A DNA stretch of 64,000 bases. It comes from Macrostomum hystrix (Eukaryota; Animalia; Platyhelminthes). A model generated the notes under the pieces. It did no database searches and had not been told where the DNA came from. It saw nothing but the letters and a program-made list of their open reading frames with translations. Positions 47,238 to 58,669 of the stretch are shown one piece after another; position 1 is the stretch's first letter; each line of letters begins with the position of its first letter. The stretch spans positions 20,894,001 through 20,958,000 of the forward strand of contig CATNEN010000001.1 in NCBI GenBank assembly GCA_950097015.1, in the 5' to 3' direction. Position numbers and translations under genes: made by a program.

Positions 47238-49301
47238 TTAGTAGGCGTCCATATCTGACTCGTAGATCTCGCTGTCGAACTCATCGTCACTGAGAATGTG
47301 TGGTCTCTTGCCGCTGCGCTCATTTCTCGCCGCTGCACTGTGACTACTCGCTGCCGCAATTGCGCCGACAGTTTTGCGGCGGGCCTTGGGCACTCGAGGA
47401 GTGGCGGAGGCCTCAGAACTGGAGGTGGCTGCAGACGCTGCGGCTAATTCAGTCGCCACCTTTAGCCGCTTCTGCTTGGCTTCATGCCGCTCGCTAGCAT
47501 GCCTGAGGACGGCAATTATTGCCACCTCAACCTGCTTTTCCGAGTACACGACCTTCCTCGTGACAGGATCTGGCGGGAACATGTCGTCCACAGCATCTGA
47601 GAATGAATTAGAAAGAGAGTTAAACTTAAATTTGGTGTGGAATATTCAAATATTCAATTTCATACTGTCTACTATGAGTAAAACGCCAAGTAGAATAGCA
47701 TATGTTTCCCACCGACTTCATTTTCATTCTTTATTTTTGCCTTTTCGTCTGTAATACGCTTGTTTTCCAAAATTCCATTTCATTTTTTTGCATTTGAGTA
47801 AGAAAGGTCAGAACGAGAATGGATCTGGACAATATATGAAAGAGTAGAATGCCCATAGTCTCTTACCTATGAAAACCTGTTTGGCATTCTCAAAGGCAAG
47901 TTGGTGCTCTATCAGCATGCAGTCCAGTAATTCCGTCCGGCATTTTTCGAGCATGCCTCGGCCACTCCAGTTCACAACGACCTGCATTCGTGGAGCCAGG
48001 CACTTGTTCATCATCCGGCGGACTGTTTCCGACAGTGTAGCGCACCGGCAACCCAACAGATGAGGCTCCTGAGATTTTTTTCTCAAAATTAGATGTCTTC
48101 AAATCAAAAATATATATAAAAATGAACATAGCACTGCTTACAAGGCTAGACTGCAACTGCCTTGATGAGATGAACTTGATGTACTCCGCCCAGGAGTCTA
48201 TTGCCTCGAACTGCGGACGGTGTTGCTGAGGGTTGGAGCGACCAGCAAACGAAGCTGCGATGCCTTCTAGGAGTGGCAGCACCCGATCCTCTAGCTGCTT
48301 GATGCGACGAACTGCGTCGCAACTGCGGCGAGCAGCCAGCATGGTTAGATGCGCCACCCCACTTGCCGACTCTGCCTCTATTCCGACACTGGACAGGTAC
48401 TGACGAATGTGAAGCACTGCAGCTGGATGGAGCCTGTCGATGCCGCAGTCTCCATCGAAGCCGTCACCATCGACGCTACCTGATGTGTACGTAAGCTTCG
48501 GAGTCACTGAAGCAGCGTAAGGTGTCTGCGTAGGCGCTGTTGTGGGCGTCAGCTTAGGCGGTACCGACGGCGTCACCACCATAGATCTTGGCGTCCCCAC
48601 CTCATTTGTTGCACCAAGCCTTGCTGGTAGCAGCGCGGTGTTGATCGCTGGAAGAGCCACTAGTTCCGCATTGAGCGAGGCGGTTGAGCGCCTCGGCTTC
48701 TGAGGCCGCCGGTCGGTGTTGTTGCCTCCTTCGTCGCCTGACGTGACGACGGACTGCATGGGTTGGAGTTGTATGCTTTATTATTACAATTAGTACAGTA
48801 ATAAAATTATAAATATTCATACGTTCTACTGCCCTTTAGTAATTTTTATATGCGCCTTTTTTATTTACAAATGTTTAATGATTTTGAGTTTCTTAACTGA
48901 ATAATTGTCAAACAATTTCGTTCACAAAGGTGACATTAACTTACCTTCATACTGGCGAAGCGATTCCTTCCACCCTTGTTCACACGTGGAACCAACCGAA
49001 GAATGCTTTCCACGCTTTTCTTCTTTTGCACGATTAGCTCTCTAATGAATTTAATCGTGGGGTCTGTGTCCGTTTCAGCATCCAGGACAACTTGCAAAAT
49101 GACTGCGGAATACCAGTCGTCCTCATACTCAGCTCGGATTAGTATTTTCTCCTCACTATATCGGTTCTCTTCTACGTTTCCAAACTGCTCCCAGTCGTCT
49201 CTCGTGAATTCTTGAAACTCTCCGAGAGAGACGCTGTTGCCAGATAGCTCCAGTACTTGCTTGTCCTCTACGAAGAACACCAGGAACCGGATGCCTTCCA
49301 T
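47238..49301 (-). CDS. Transposon accessory protein, DUF4806-like C-terminal domain, ~509 aa
   Basis: Exons 49301-48945, 48753-48142, 48068-47867 and 47596-47238, all GT..AG and in phase (1530 nt, no stops). The motif LSETVRRMMNKCL...VNWSGRG...IIAVLRHASER resembles DUF4806 proteins of animal EnSpm elements; the family assignment is from memory of the motif. Confidence 0.7.
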
Positions 49302-49574
49302 TGAGTCTTGAGATTGACACAGTCAGAGTAATTGAATTGGAATGATTTGGAAGTTGGGATTTTGGTGCCTGTCGAGACGTGTTTTTGTATATATGTTCAG
49401 TTACCTTAGCCCAGCGGGTTCCCCGCAGCCAATAGAATTTCTTCCTCCCCCCCGCGGCCTGCCTCCTCCCGGCTCACCGATCCCTTCCCTCCCGCATTCC
49501 GAGAAATGTTTAAAAATTGTTAATTGTTAATCACTAATTTGTGATTTTTCTTCCATTAATGAGCTTCTGAAAAC
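49302..49574. promoter_or_regulatory. Putative bidirectional promoter of the EnSpm element
   Basis: Short interval between two head-to-head ATGs, containing CAGCCAATAG (CCAAT) and C-rich boxes (CCTCCCCCCCGCGG, CCTCCTCCC). Confidence 0.4.
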
Positions 49575-50012
49575 ATGCCTAAACGAAGGAAAACCGAAAC
49601 TGATTCAAATTCAAGCAGACAGTTTAGAAATTTGTTCTCGGAAAGCCTTCTCCAAAAATCAGAACACGAAGTGGAGTGTCGAGTACGATTTTCATCCTCA
49701 ACTGTGCAGTGCGAATTTGACTTGCAATGCTTCGCGCAAAGCTTAGAGAACCTTGAACTACTTGGTCCTGACATTGAAGACGATGCAGTTGCTGACGGCG
49801 AGAGTGAAGAAGACAATGAAGCGAAGCCAAGTATGGAGACGCTTGACGAGGAGTTGCTCGTTCTGTTCTTACGTTACAACTTGTCCCATCGAGCTATGCA
49901 GTTTCTCTTAAATGCGCTATACAGCCGCGGATTGCCTGTCTCTAAGACTCTGTCTTTACCTTTACGTCTATCCCTACCCATCGTCGCTTCTCCGAATGGG
50001 CTTCTATTCTGA
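49575..50012 (+). pseudogene. N-terminal fragment of probable EnSpm-type transposase
   Basis: NLS-like MPKRRK, an acidic tract, then ELLVLFLRYNLSHRAMQFLLNAL...LPVSKTL, similar to the N-terminal helix motif of animal EnSpm transposases. No catalytic core follows. It is divergent from the DUF4806-like gene, 273 bp apart. Confidence 0.5.
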
Positions 50013-52249
50013 GTCACATCGCACAATGTCCGGAACGCCAACGAAGAAATGCATTCTTCTTCCGCACTCGAGTTGTCATCTTGTTGTGCCGCTTACAAGC
50101 TCTGATTAAGTTAACTAACTTGAAACTAGATTTTATGTTCGAATACGCACATTCGGCACCCAAAATCGGCACCCAATTGACACCATTCTACGTTGCACCC
50201 CACACAACAGCTCAGTTAACTTTCCACTAAACTCAGGAAAGTACTCAACTAACTACTACTAAGTCTTTAGTTATTCGTCTTTGTCTCCGGGATCTCCTGT
50301 CTTTGTCTTTGTTTCTGGTTTTTCTGTTGTTGGGCTCCAATGCTTGAACTGGGAGTGATATCAAATGAATTGATACCAATCTATGGTGGCAGTGAGCGGC
50401 GGGGTTGTTGCTGAAGGCAAAGCAGTAGGGGAATAATGAATGAATATGAGGGTCCCAGAGTCTGCTGGCTTCGATATGTATCCAACTTTTGGACATAAAA
50501 AACAATAAATCTTCAAATCTCACAGGGGTCGCGACTCGCAATTCGCAAACGAACCGATTCACTCATTCGTGGTGTCTGGATTTCCAGGCTGGGGTTATAA
50601 TTCTAAAGCATCTGGACTATGAATCTATTGAATCTATATTGAATCTATCGGGGTTCAGTGAGCGGCGGGGTTGTTGTAGGGCCAATGCGGCCAATGCTCT
50701 GGGGGTATGTGAGGGTCCCGGAATGGATTGGCTTCGATATGTATCCAAATTTTAGACACAAGGCTAATAAATCTTCAAACCTTGCCTTTTCTCGCAATGG
50801 GTCGGCCACTTAATTCTTTGCGTTGTCTTTGTGTCTGGACTCCCCCCAGTCAGAAGTTGAAACAACTGGACAGTAAGCTGAATTTTTTATTTTGCATGAC
50901 CCCAGATAGGCCCAAGTGGGCACCCTCAGCTTCTACACAAACTCAATGATCTGAAAGCATTGACATTTGACAGAGAAGCCAGATCTTTTGTTTGCTGCTT
51001 CTACGCTCGTAATAAGAATGTAAGATTGGAAGGAACTATACCATTTCCACTCCAAGTCTGTCACAAGTAACTTCAAATCTGCCAAGAACAAGACAGCTTC
51101 CCTGGCAGTGGTGTGCATTGTGCAATATTTGATAACTGATCCAATCAACCCCATCGTCTTTATCCATGCTCGGGGAAATGTGGTTTTCCAGTTGTTGGCT
51201 CCAAATCCTACAATGCTTGCTATGAAGCTGTGGTGCAAAATATGCTTACATAAATTATAAAATACTCTACGAGTATCTAGAGTACCGTCTCAAGACTAAG
51301 ATAACGAAATTCAATTTGACTTCTTATTGAATTTCAGCGATTAGTGTCGTTTTAATAAGACTTTATCAAATGATCATTTGCATCTAGCTTTTCGGTATTT
51401 GAGCATTTGAGCATGGTTGTATTACTTTTAATTCGTACCCAAATCTTTGTATTCTCAAGATTGTTTCATGGTGAATGAGATATGATGGGTTTGTGGAATT
51501 TTGTCCATGAAAAAAGATTATTTTAAGCTACATATTCCTAAAACTGAAGTTAAGCCTTTAAGTACTTGGTGCAGCACAGGATCGCTCGGTTTTCTATCGC
51601 GCAAACTAATCTTCACACACGTTGCCTGAAATTTAAGAAAGTGTAGTTTTCGCTTTCTCGTCAAATAAATTACGAGATGTGAAGGCACCCAAAGTGGGCA
51701 TTGAACTCTTTGCCTCCATTTGGCTCCCCAATTTCCTCTTACCGGTAAAACCAAACTACGGGTTGATTGTCTAGGGGTTTTTTGCATTGCATAGAGGTTT
51801 TTGTCTTTGTCCATGGACTCCTAGATATACTAGGTATATCTAGGAGACCATGCTTTGTCTCGTCTCGAAGTATTTCTTGGTTTATTGTGTCTTATTTTTC
51901 CGTGGGCAGTGGGACTATTTTTCCACTATTTGCAAAAAAGCAAGTCCAGGCAGGCAGTGCGGGATGCGCAGTCTAGTTATATTTCTTGGTCTGTGCCCCT
52001 TGGGCATGCCCCTCTAAAGTACTGTGAACAAAGAAGGATCTGTGCTTCAAATAAAGATCAAGGCCAGCCAGGCTGTAAATTAAAAATGGCCATGTTTGAA
52101 TTGTTCGAAGAACACCTGGATGAGGCAGGGGGAAGAGAAGCAGGATTGTTTATATCATTTTTTATTGCTTGTTTATTCAGTATTTATGACAGTACATAAC
52201 TTTATTGCCGGTGGTAAAGAACGAGAGTCGCAGTTTAGTCGCAAGTTTG

Positions 52250-53660
52250 GGGAGAGATGAGGGTGAGACTGTGAGATAGATGAGGGTGAGACTGTGAGAT
52301 AGATGAGGGTGAGACTGTGAGATAGATGAGGGTGAGACTGTGAGATAGATGAGGGTGAGACTGTGAGATAGATGATGGTGAGACTGTGAGATAGATGAGG
52401 GTGAGACTGTGAGATAGATGATGGTGAGACTGTGAGATAGATGATAGTGAGACTGTGAGATAGATGATGGTGAGACTGTGAGATAGATGAGGAGATGAGG
52501 GTGAGACTGTGAGATAGATGAGGGTGGGAATGTGAGATAGATGAGGAGATGAGGGTGAGACTGTGAGATAGATGAGGGTGAGACTGTGAGATAGATGCGG
52601 AGATGAGGGTGAGACTGTGAGATAGATGAGGGTGAGACTGTGAGATAGATGATGGTGAGACTGTGAAATAGATGAGGGTGAGACTGAGATAGATAAGGGT
52701 GAGACTGTGAGATAGATGAGGGTGAGACTGTGAGATAGATGATGGTGAGACTGTGAAATAGATGAGGGTGAGACTGTGAGATAGATGATGGTGAGACTAT
52801 GAAATAGATGAGGGTGAGACTGTGAGACAGATGATGGTGAGACTGTGAAATAGATGAGGGTGAGACTGTGAGATAGATGCGGAGATGAGGGTGAGACTGT
52901 GAGATAGATGAGGGTGAGACTGTGAGATAGATGAGGGTGAGACTGTGAAATAGATGAGGGTGAGACTGAGAAAGATAAGAGTGAGACTGTGAGATAGATG
53001 AGGGTGAGACTGTGAGATAGATGATGGTGAGACTGTGAAATAGATGAGGGTGAGACTGTGAGATAGATGATGGTAAGACTGTGAAATAGATGAGGGTGAG
53101 ACTGTGAGATAGATGATGGTGAGACTGTGAAATAGATGAGGGTGAGACTATGAGATAGATGATGGTGAGACTGTGAAATAGATGAGGGTGAGACTGTGAG
53201 ATAGATGATGGTGAGACTGTGAAATAGATGAGGGTGAGACTGTGAGATAGATGAGGGTGAGACTGTGAGATAGATGAGGGTGAGACTGTGAAATAGATGA
53301 GGGTGAGACTGTGAGATAGATGATGGTGAGACTGTGAAATAGATGAGGGTGAGACTGTGAGATAGATGATGGTGAGACTGTGAAATAGATGAGGGTGAGA
53401 CTGTGAGATAGATGAGGGTGAGACTGTGAAATAGATGAAGGTGAGACTGTGAAATAGATGAGGGTGAGACTGTGAAATAGATGATGGTGAGACTGTGAAA
53501 TAGATGAGGGTGAGACTGTGAGATAGATGATGGTGAGACTGTGAAATAGATGAGGGTGAGACTGTGAGATAGATGAGGGTGAGACTGTGAAATAGATGAA
53601 GGTGAGACTGTGAAATAGATGAAGGTGAGACTGTGAAATAGATGAGGGTGAGACTGAGAT
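52250..53660. repeat. 23-bp minisatellite (GATGAGGGTGAGACTGTGAGATA)n inside the EnSpm element
   Basis: Visible tandem array. It explains ORF 52177..53703. Confidence 0.96.
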
Positions 53661-54085
53661 ATCGATGCTGCGTGAAATATCCTCTGCCGGAACTCATACT
53701 CAATCTCTCTACTCTTATACTCTAATATGCTAGTCTGGGCTGGTTAAAATAATTTTTCCTACTGGAACTGGTGTTACCTCAACGGTCTACTGACAGTAGC
53801 ACATCAAGAATGCTTTAATTTTTATTCGCCGTTTTTAGTTTGAATTAAATCAGATCTCAAAGGACTTGTTACGGACTCACAAAATGAGTCAGGACAGAAA
53901 GGACTGAAATCGGACCCCCCTAAATTACGCTGAAAATAGAACAAAATATCCTCGAAAAACACCGAAAAAGACATTAACAGTCGGTTTAAAGTCTTTAGAC
54001 AAAAAAAATTTTTTTTGGAAACCAGCTCATGGGGGACCAATCCGAGTCCGATCAGGGTCCGCCGGACTCAACCTTTTACACTGGG

Positions 54086-55362
54086 AGGATACAGTGGGAG
54101 ACAGTAGGATACAGTAGGATACAGTGGGAGACAGTGGGATACAGGGGGAGACAGTAGGATACAGTGGGAGACAGTAGGAGACAGTAGAATACAGTAGGAG
54201 ACAGTATAATACAGTGGGAGACAGCAGGAGACAGTGGGAGACAGTGGGAGACAGTAGGATACAGTGGGAGACAGTAGGATACAGTAGGATACAGTGGGAG
54301 ACAGTGGGATACAGGGGGAGACAGTAGGATACAGTGGGAGACAGTAGGATACAGTGGGAGACAGTAGGATACAGTGGGAGACAGTAGGACACGGTAGGAT
54401 ACAGAAGGATACAGTGGGAGACAGTAGAATACAGTAGGAGACAGTAGGATACAGTAGGAGACAGTGGGAGACAGTAGGATACAGTAAGAGACAGTATAAT
54501 ACAGTGGGAGACAGCAGGAGACAGTGGGAGACAGTAGGATACAGTGGGAGACAGTAGGATACAGTAGGATACAGTGGGAGACAGTAGGATACAGTAGGAT
54601 ACAGTGGGAGACAGTGGGATACAGGGGGAGACAGTAGGATACAGTGGGAGACAGTAGGATACAGTGGGAGACAGTAGGAGACAGTGGGAGACAGTAGGAT
54701 ACAGTGGGAGATAGTAGGATACAGTGGGAGACAGTAGGATACAGTGGGAGACAGTAGGATACAGTGGGAGACAGCAGGATACAGTAGGATACAGTGGGAT
54801 ACAGTAGGATACAGTAGGAGACAGTAGGATACAGTAGGAGACAGTATAATACAGTGGGAGACAGCAGGAGACAGTGGGAGACAGTAGGATACAGTGGGAG
54901 ACAGTAGGATACAGTAGGATACAGTGGGAGACAGTAGGATACAGTAGGATACAGTGGGAGACAGTGGGATACAGGGGGAGACAGTAGGATACAGTGGGAG
55001 ACAGTAGGATACAGTGGGAGACAGTAGGAGACAGTGGGAGACAGTAGGATACAGTGGGAGACAGTAGGATACAGTGGGAGACAGTAGGATACAGTGGGAG
55101 ACAGTAGGATACAGTGGGAGACAGCAGGATACAGTAGGATACAGTGGGATACAGTGGGATACAGGGGGAGACAGTAGGATACAGTGGGAGACAGTAGAAT
55201 ACAGTAGGAGACAGTGGGAGACAGTAGGATACAGTGAAATACAGTGGGAGACAGTAGGATACAGTGGAATACAGTGGGAGACAGTAGGAGACAGTAGGAG
55301 ACAGTAGGAGACAGTAGGATACAGTGGAATACAGTGGAATACAGTGGGAGACAGTAGGAGAC
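54086..55362. repeat. 10-bp-unit satellite (RGGAKACAGT)n, right part
   Basis: Same unit variants and orientation as 44985-46462. Confidence 0.96.
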
Positions 55363-56785
55363 AATTACTTTGGGAGTCAGTGGGAGTCAATGACTTTGGG
55401 AGTCAGTTGGAGTCAGTAAAGGTTTGTGGGAGATAGTAGGTTTCCATATAGACACCTGGCTTGGTTATTGTATTATTAACTTCTTCACGTTCATGCAACC
55501 TTAATCAAGTCCTAAAAACATGTGCAGCCAGTTATTTGGTTAAACACGTAAATGAAATGTATTTGAGGTTTGTTTTAGGCTATCACTGAAAGGTAGAATA
55601 TGCAAAGAAATATGTGTAAGACAGTTAGCTGTCTCAGCAGCTGTCTTAGGAGCCTCAAGTTAATTTATGAGGCTTATTTATCATGTGCGTGGGCGCAATC
55701 ATCTTCACTATTCTAGCTCATGTTGTTATTGGTTGAGTCGATTGCCATGTCGTACTCAAATTCGACAAATTCAGCTATGGTTGGACTTCTGGTTGTCAAA
55801 GAGTTGTTCTCGGTTCTCTAGAAAACGCCGGAATGCATGTTTGAGTTCGGAATTACGAGTAATTGAGTGGGACAAATAATGAGAGGTGAGTACGGCGTAG
55901 TAACATTTGAGCTTAAATTGAGGTACGAGCCTGAGGTATGTTAAACTGACTCAAGGGCCTGTCAGAAATGATGCAAGCTGCTCGAATCCGTGCATCGGAT
56001 CCTCCATCAGTCCGTTCCTAAAATGATCTCAAGAAATAGAATGGGATTTTCAAAGAGCTATTATTTTCGGCTAAATAAAAATGAATACGAAGAAACCTGT
56101 AGTTGATGTTCTGATGACGATCCAATAATCCTCAGAACGGTTTCTTCTCCAGCGAACCTGTAAAGTTAAATGTTGCTAAAGCTTAAAATTGTAAGAGTGC
56201 AGTGCATGAAAAGAGCAGTGCTTCTTACACAATTATTCAGCAACAAAAGTACAGACACCGAAATGACAGCCGAAAGAGCAGTACAGCAGTACAGGACACG
56301 ACAAGAATCACATAGAATCCCGCTGAGCTGGTTTGAGCTACGAAATGGAATAATTATTTCTGCCGTGTTCATTCGAGCAGGGCAGGAAACGAAAAGTTTG
56401 GGCAAGACCTCTTACTGAGTATAAGAGTATTCAAGTCATGCTGGTACATTCTCTGCGATAGCTGCTTTGGATCTGGCCGCCTTGCAGCTTAATTTTAGCA
56501 GCGCACCACTTTGCTGACCTGCACCGTGCGTGCAAGCCACAGTGTCCCATGCCTTAAAGGATTGGCTGCGCCTGTTCTTAGCGTAGATGCGCAACGGAAA
56601 CATCCCGGCCGTCCAGTTAGCGACTAGAAAGGCTTCTGGTGTGTTGATATCAAACTTCATCTGAACTTCATCTGTACCTGAATATATAGTTGAAGTTCTC
56701 CCTGCCCAACAAACTGTGTAAGGAAACCTGGACATGGTTGAGCTTAAGCCTTGGACGGCGACTTTAAACAGCAAATTTATTGGAG

Positions 56786-58465
56786 ATTAATGTCTGAAGC
56801 GGCGGCAAAAGCAGGAAGAAAGCAGGAAGAAAGCAGTTGGCGAAAGCGCGCCCACAGGCGAGAAGCAGCCGATGAGCGATGTGACTGTTAGCGCGAGTTT
56901 ATTTGAATTAAAGCAGCAGATAAAACTAAAAGAAAAAATTCTTTTGGAGACAGCGACAGCGATCATCGCTTCTCAACACGGGGCGACATATATTGGGGCG
57001 CAGCCCCGGGACTTAAAATGTGCAGTCTCGGAAATGTACGAGCATAGATGAACACGCAAAAGGGGGTGGGCGGTATGCGGCGGAGAGAGGGCAGAGAGGG
57101 AGGAGGGCCGCGCGCTCTGACATTAAAAACGGGTAAAGCCGCGAGCTGCTTTACCCACCCATTAATGTCTGAAGCGGCGGCAAAAGCAGGAAGAAAGCAG
57201 GAAGAAAGCAGTTGGTGAAAGCGCGCCCACAGGCGAGAAGCAGCCCAAAGCCAAGGCAGGGAAGGAACAAAAGAAAACAAAAAAAGAAAAGAACAGAAGA
57301 GTCAGGTTGAGGCCAACGCGGGTGGGGGGGCTGTTAGGGCGGCGCGCTTCGCAGCTCGGCTTGATGTAGCGAAAGACAGAGTCGCTGCGCCAGTCTCCCA
57401 AGGCCATCACCTCTTGCACCGACGCACCAGCACCAGCAAAGAAAGACGCTCCACCTCTGCGCAGAGAGTGCCCCGAAATGGCCGAAGGGTCGAGCCCAGC
57501 CGCAACCGCCGATCTGAAGAGCTGCTTTGTGAACTGCGACCGACAGACGGGGACCAGACGCAGGCCGCTACGAAAAGAGAACAGCAGCGATTCGGGTCCA
57601 TCCGCAGCGCAGCGGCTGCGGTTGAGGTGCAGGAGAACTGCGCTGAAGGGGCAGAGCGGGTGCCTGGAGCCACTCACGTCCGGCAGACGCGGCAGCCAGA
57701 CGGTGTGGAGTCGCTCGGCGAACTGGATGGTCTTGCTGTGGCGGATGCGCAACTCGATGCCTTTGCTGCTCAGCTGCAGGTCCTTCAATCGCACCGCTCT
57801 GGCTGCCAGCCGAGGGCTTCGGGCGGCTGCCGCCGATGGCAGGCACAGGTTGTCTGCTCGTAGCAAGCCCCAGAAACCCACCAGGAGGCAGCACCAGAAA
57901 GCCGCACCGGAGCAGGAGGTCGTATCGATGTGCGATCTAAGCTGAAGCAGCGTGCTCGGTGTCAAACCCGCTTTCTGTCGTGCTTGGGCACCCCGTTGAC
58001 GCTTAACGCCTTGCAGAGCGTCACCCGCAGTCGTACCAGCGGGTGAGCGGTCGGATCGGCCTTCCCGGCTAGCTTGTACAGCCAGGACACAGCATGCAGG
58101 TACGCTTGAAAGCTAGCTGGAAAAAGCTGTCAGATGCTTGAGGTGTAGGTGAGAGACGTACAACGACACCGTTGGACCGTCGGCCTCTAGCGGGTGGATG
58201 CCGATCTCGCTACAGAACTGTTCCCACCGGTTGAGCTGTGACTTCAGGGCTCGCCTTGTGCTCGGGGCCAGCGCCTGGTTGAGCAGCCGGTCTCGCTCCG
58301 TCCTCAGGAGCCCCGCTGCAGCTTCTGGACCTGCAAAAAGAGAGATTGGCAGGAAGCGGCCGACAGCGCGTGCGTAGCAACAGCAGATGCGTTGACGTAA
58401 ATAGAGCCATAGTAACGAAGCAAAAAGTTGATGAGACTGTGCTTATTAGTCAGACGGGAGGCAAG
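56786..58465 (-). mobile_element. 3' part of an Ngaro/DIRS-order tyrosine-recombinase retrotransposon
   Basis: Contains the YR ORF plus split direct repeats of 85 bp at 57161-57245 and 56786-56870 (one mismatch). Upstream sequence reads LASRLT.., like the end of the RNase H ORF, up to the Gypsy LTR at 58466. Confidence 0.8.
57162..58330 (-). pseudogene. Tyrosine recombinase of the Ngaro/DIRS element
   Basis: Motifs FWGLLRADN, IRHSKTIQF, HPLCP, SGHSLRRGGAS and LGDWRSDSVFRYI. The N-terminal LAPSTRR...WEQFC segment (58210-58280) is out of frame with the rest. Confidence 0.85.
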
Positions 58466-58669
58466 TGTGGTAGTGGCTGCTAGCTAGAGCTAGCGTTGTT
58501 GCACCTTACCCAATCTTATCCTTGTGATATCTATGGCAGCAACCAGCTATACGTTCCTAAGCTTTCGTTCTCAGCCTCTCACTTATGTTCTAAGTTCTCT
58601 GCCTGAATAAACGCTATGCTACTCGAACATTAACGCCAAAGTGCTGACAGCTACGTTCAAACTACGACA
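58466..58669 (+). repeat. Putative 5' LTR (204 bp) followed by primer-binding site TGGCGTCGCG
   Basis: Terminal inverted repeat TGTGGTAGT ... ACTACGACA, internal AATAAA at ~58606, and TGG at 58671. No second LTR is present in the window to confirm it. Confidence 0.7.

Larger units (their letters stand above)
46463..54085. mobile_element. EnSpm/CACTA (CMC)-type DNA transposon, 7.6 kb, internally rearranged
   Basis: Imperfect TIRs CCCGGTGTAAAA..GAATCCGGCGGACACTGAT versus (rc) CCCAGTGTAAAA..GAGTCCGGCGGACCCTGAT. A 2-bp TSD AG (46461-46462, 54086-54087) splits one satellite unit. Internal genes are described below. Confidence 0.82.

Noticed and set aside
45179-55390. Long ORFs 45369..46511, 52177..53703, 54027..55364 and 54068..55390
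   Set aside because: These are stop-free readings of satellites with periodic low-complexity translations and no gene structure. The same applies to the ORFs at 9407, 20476, 23289, 23322, 42694 and 62427.
56992-57005. 14-bp match ATTGGGGCGCAGCC shared between the Ngaro terminal region and the SINE
   Set aside because: Matches of this length are expected by chance in a 64-kb self-comparison, and there is no flanking similarity.
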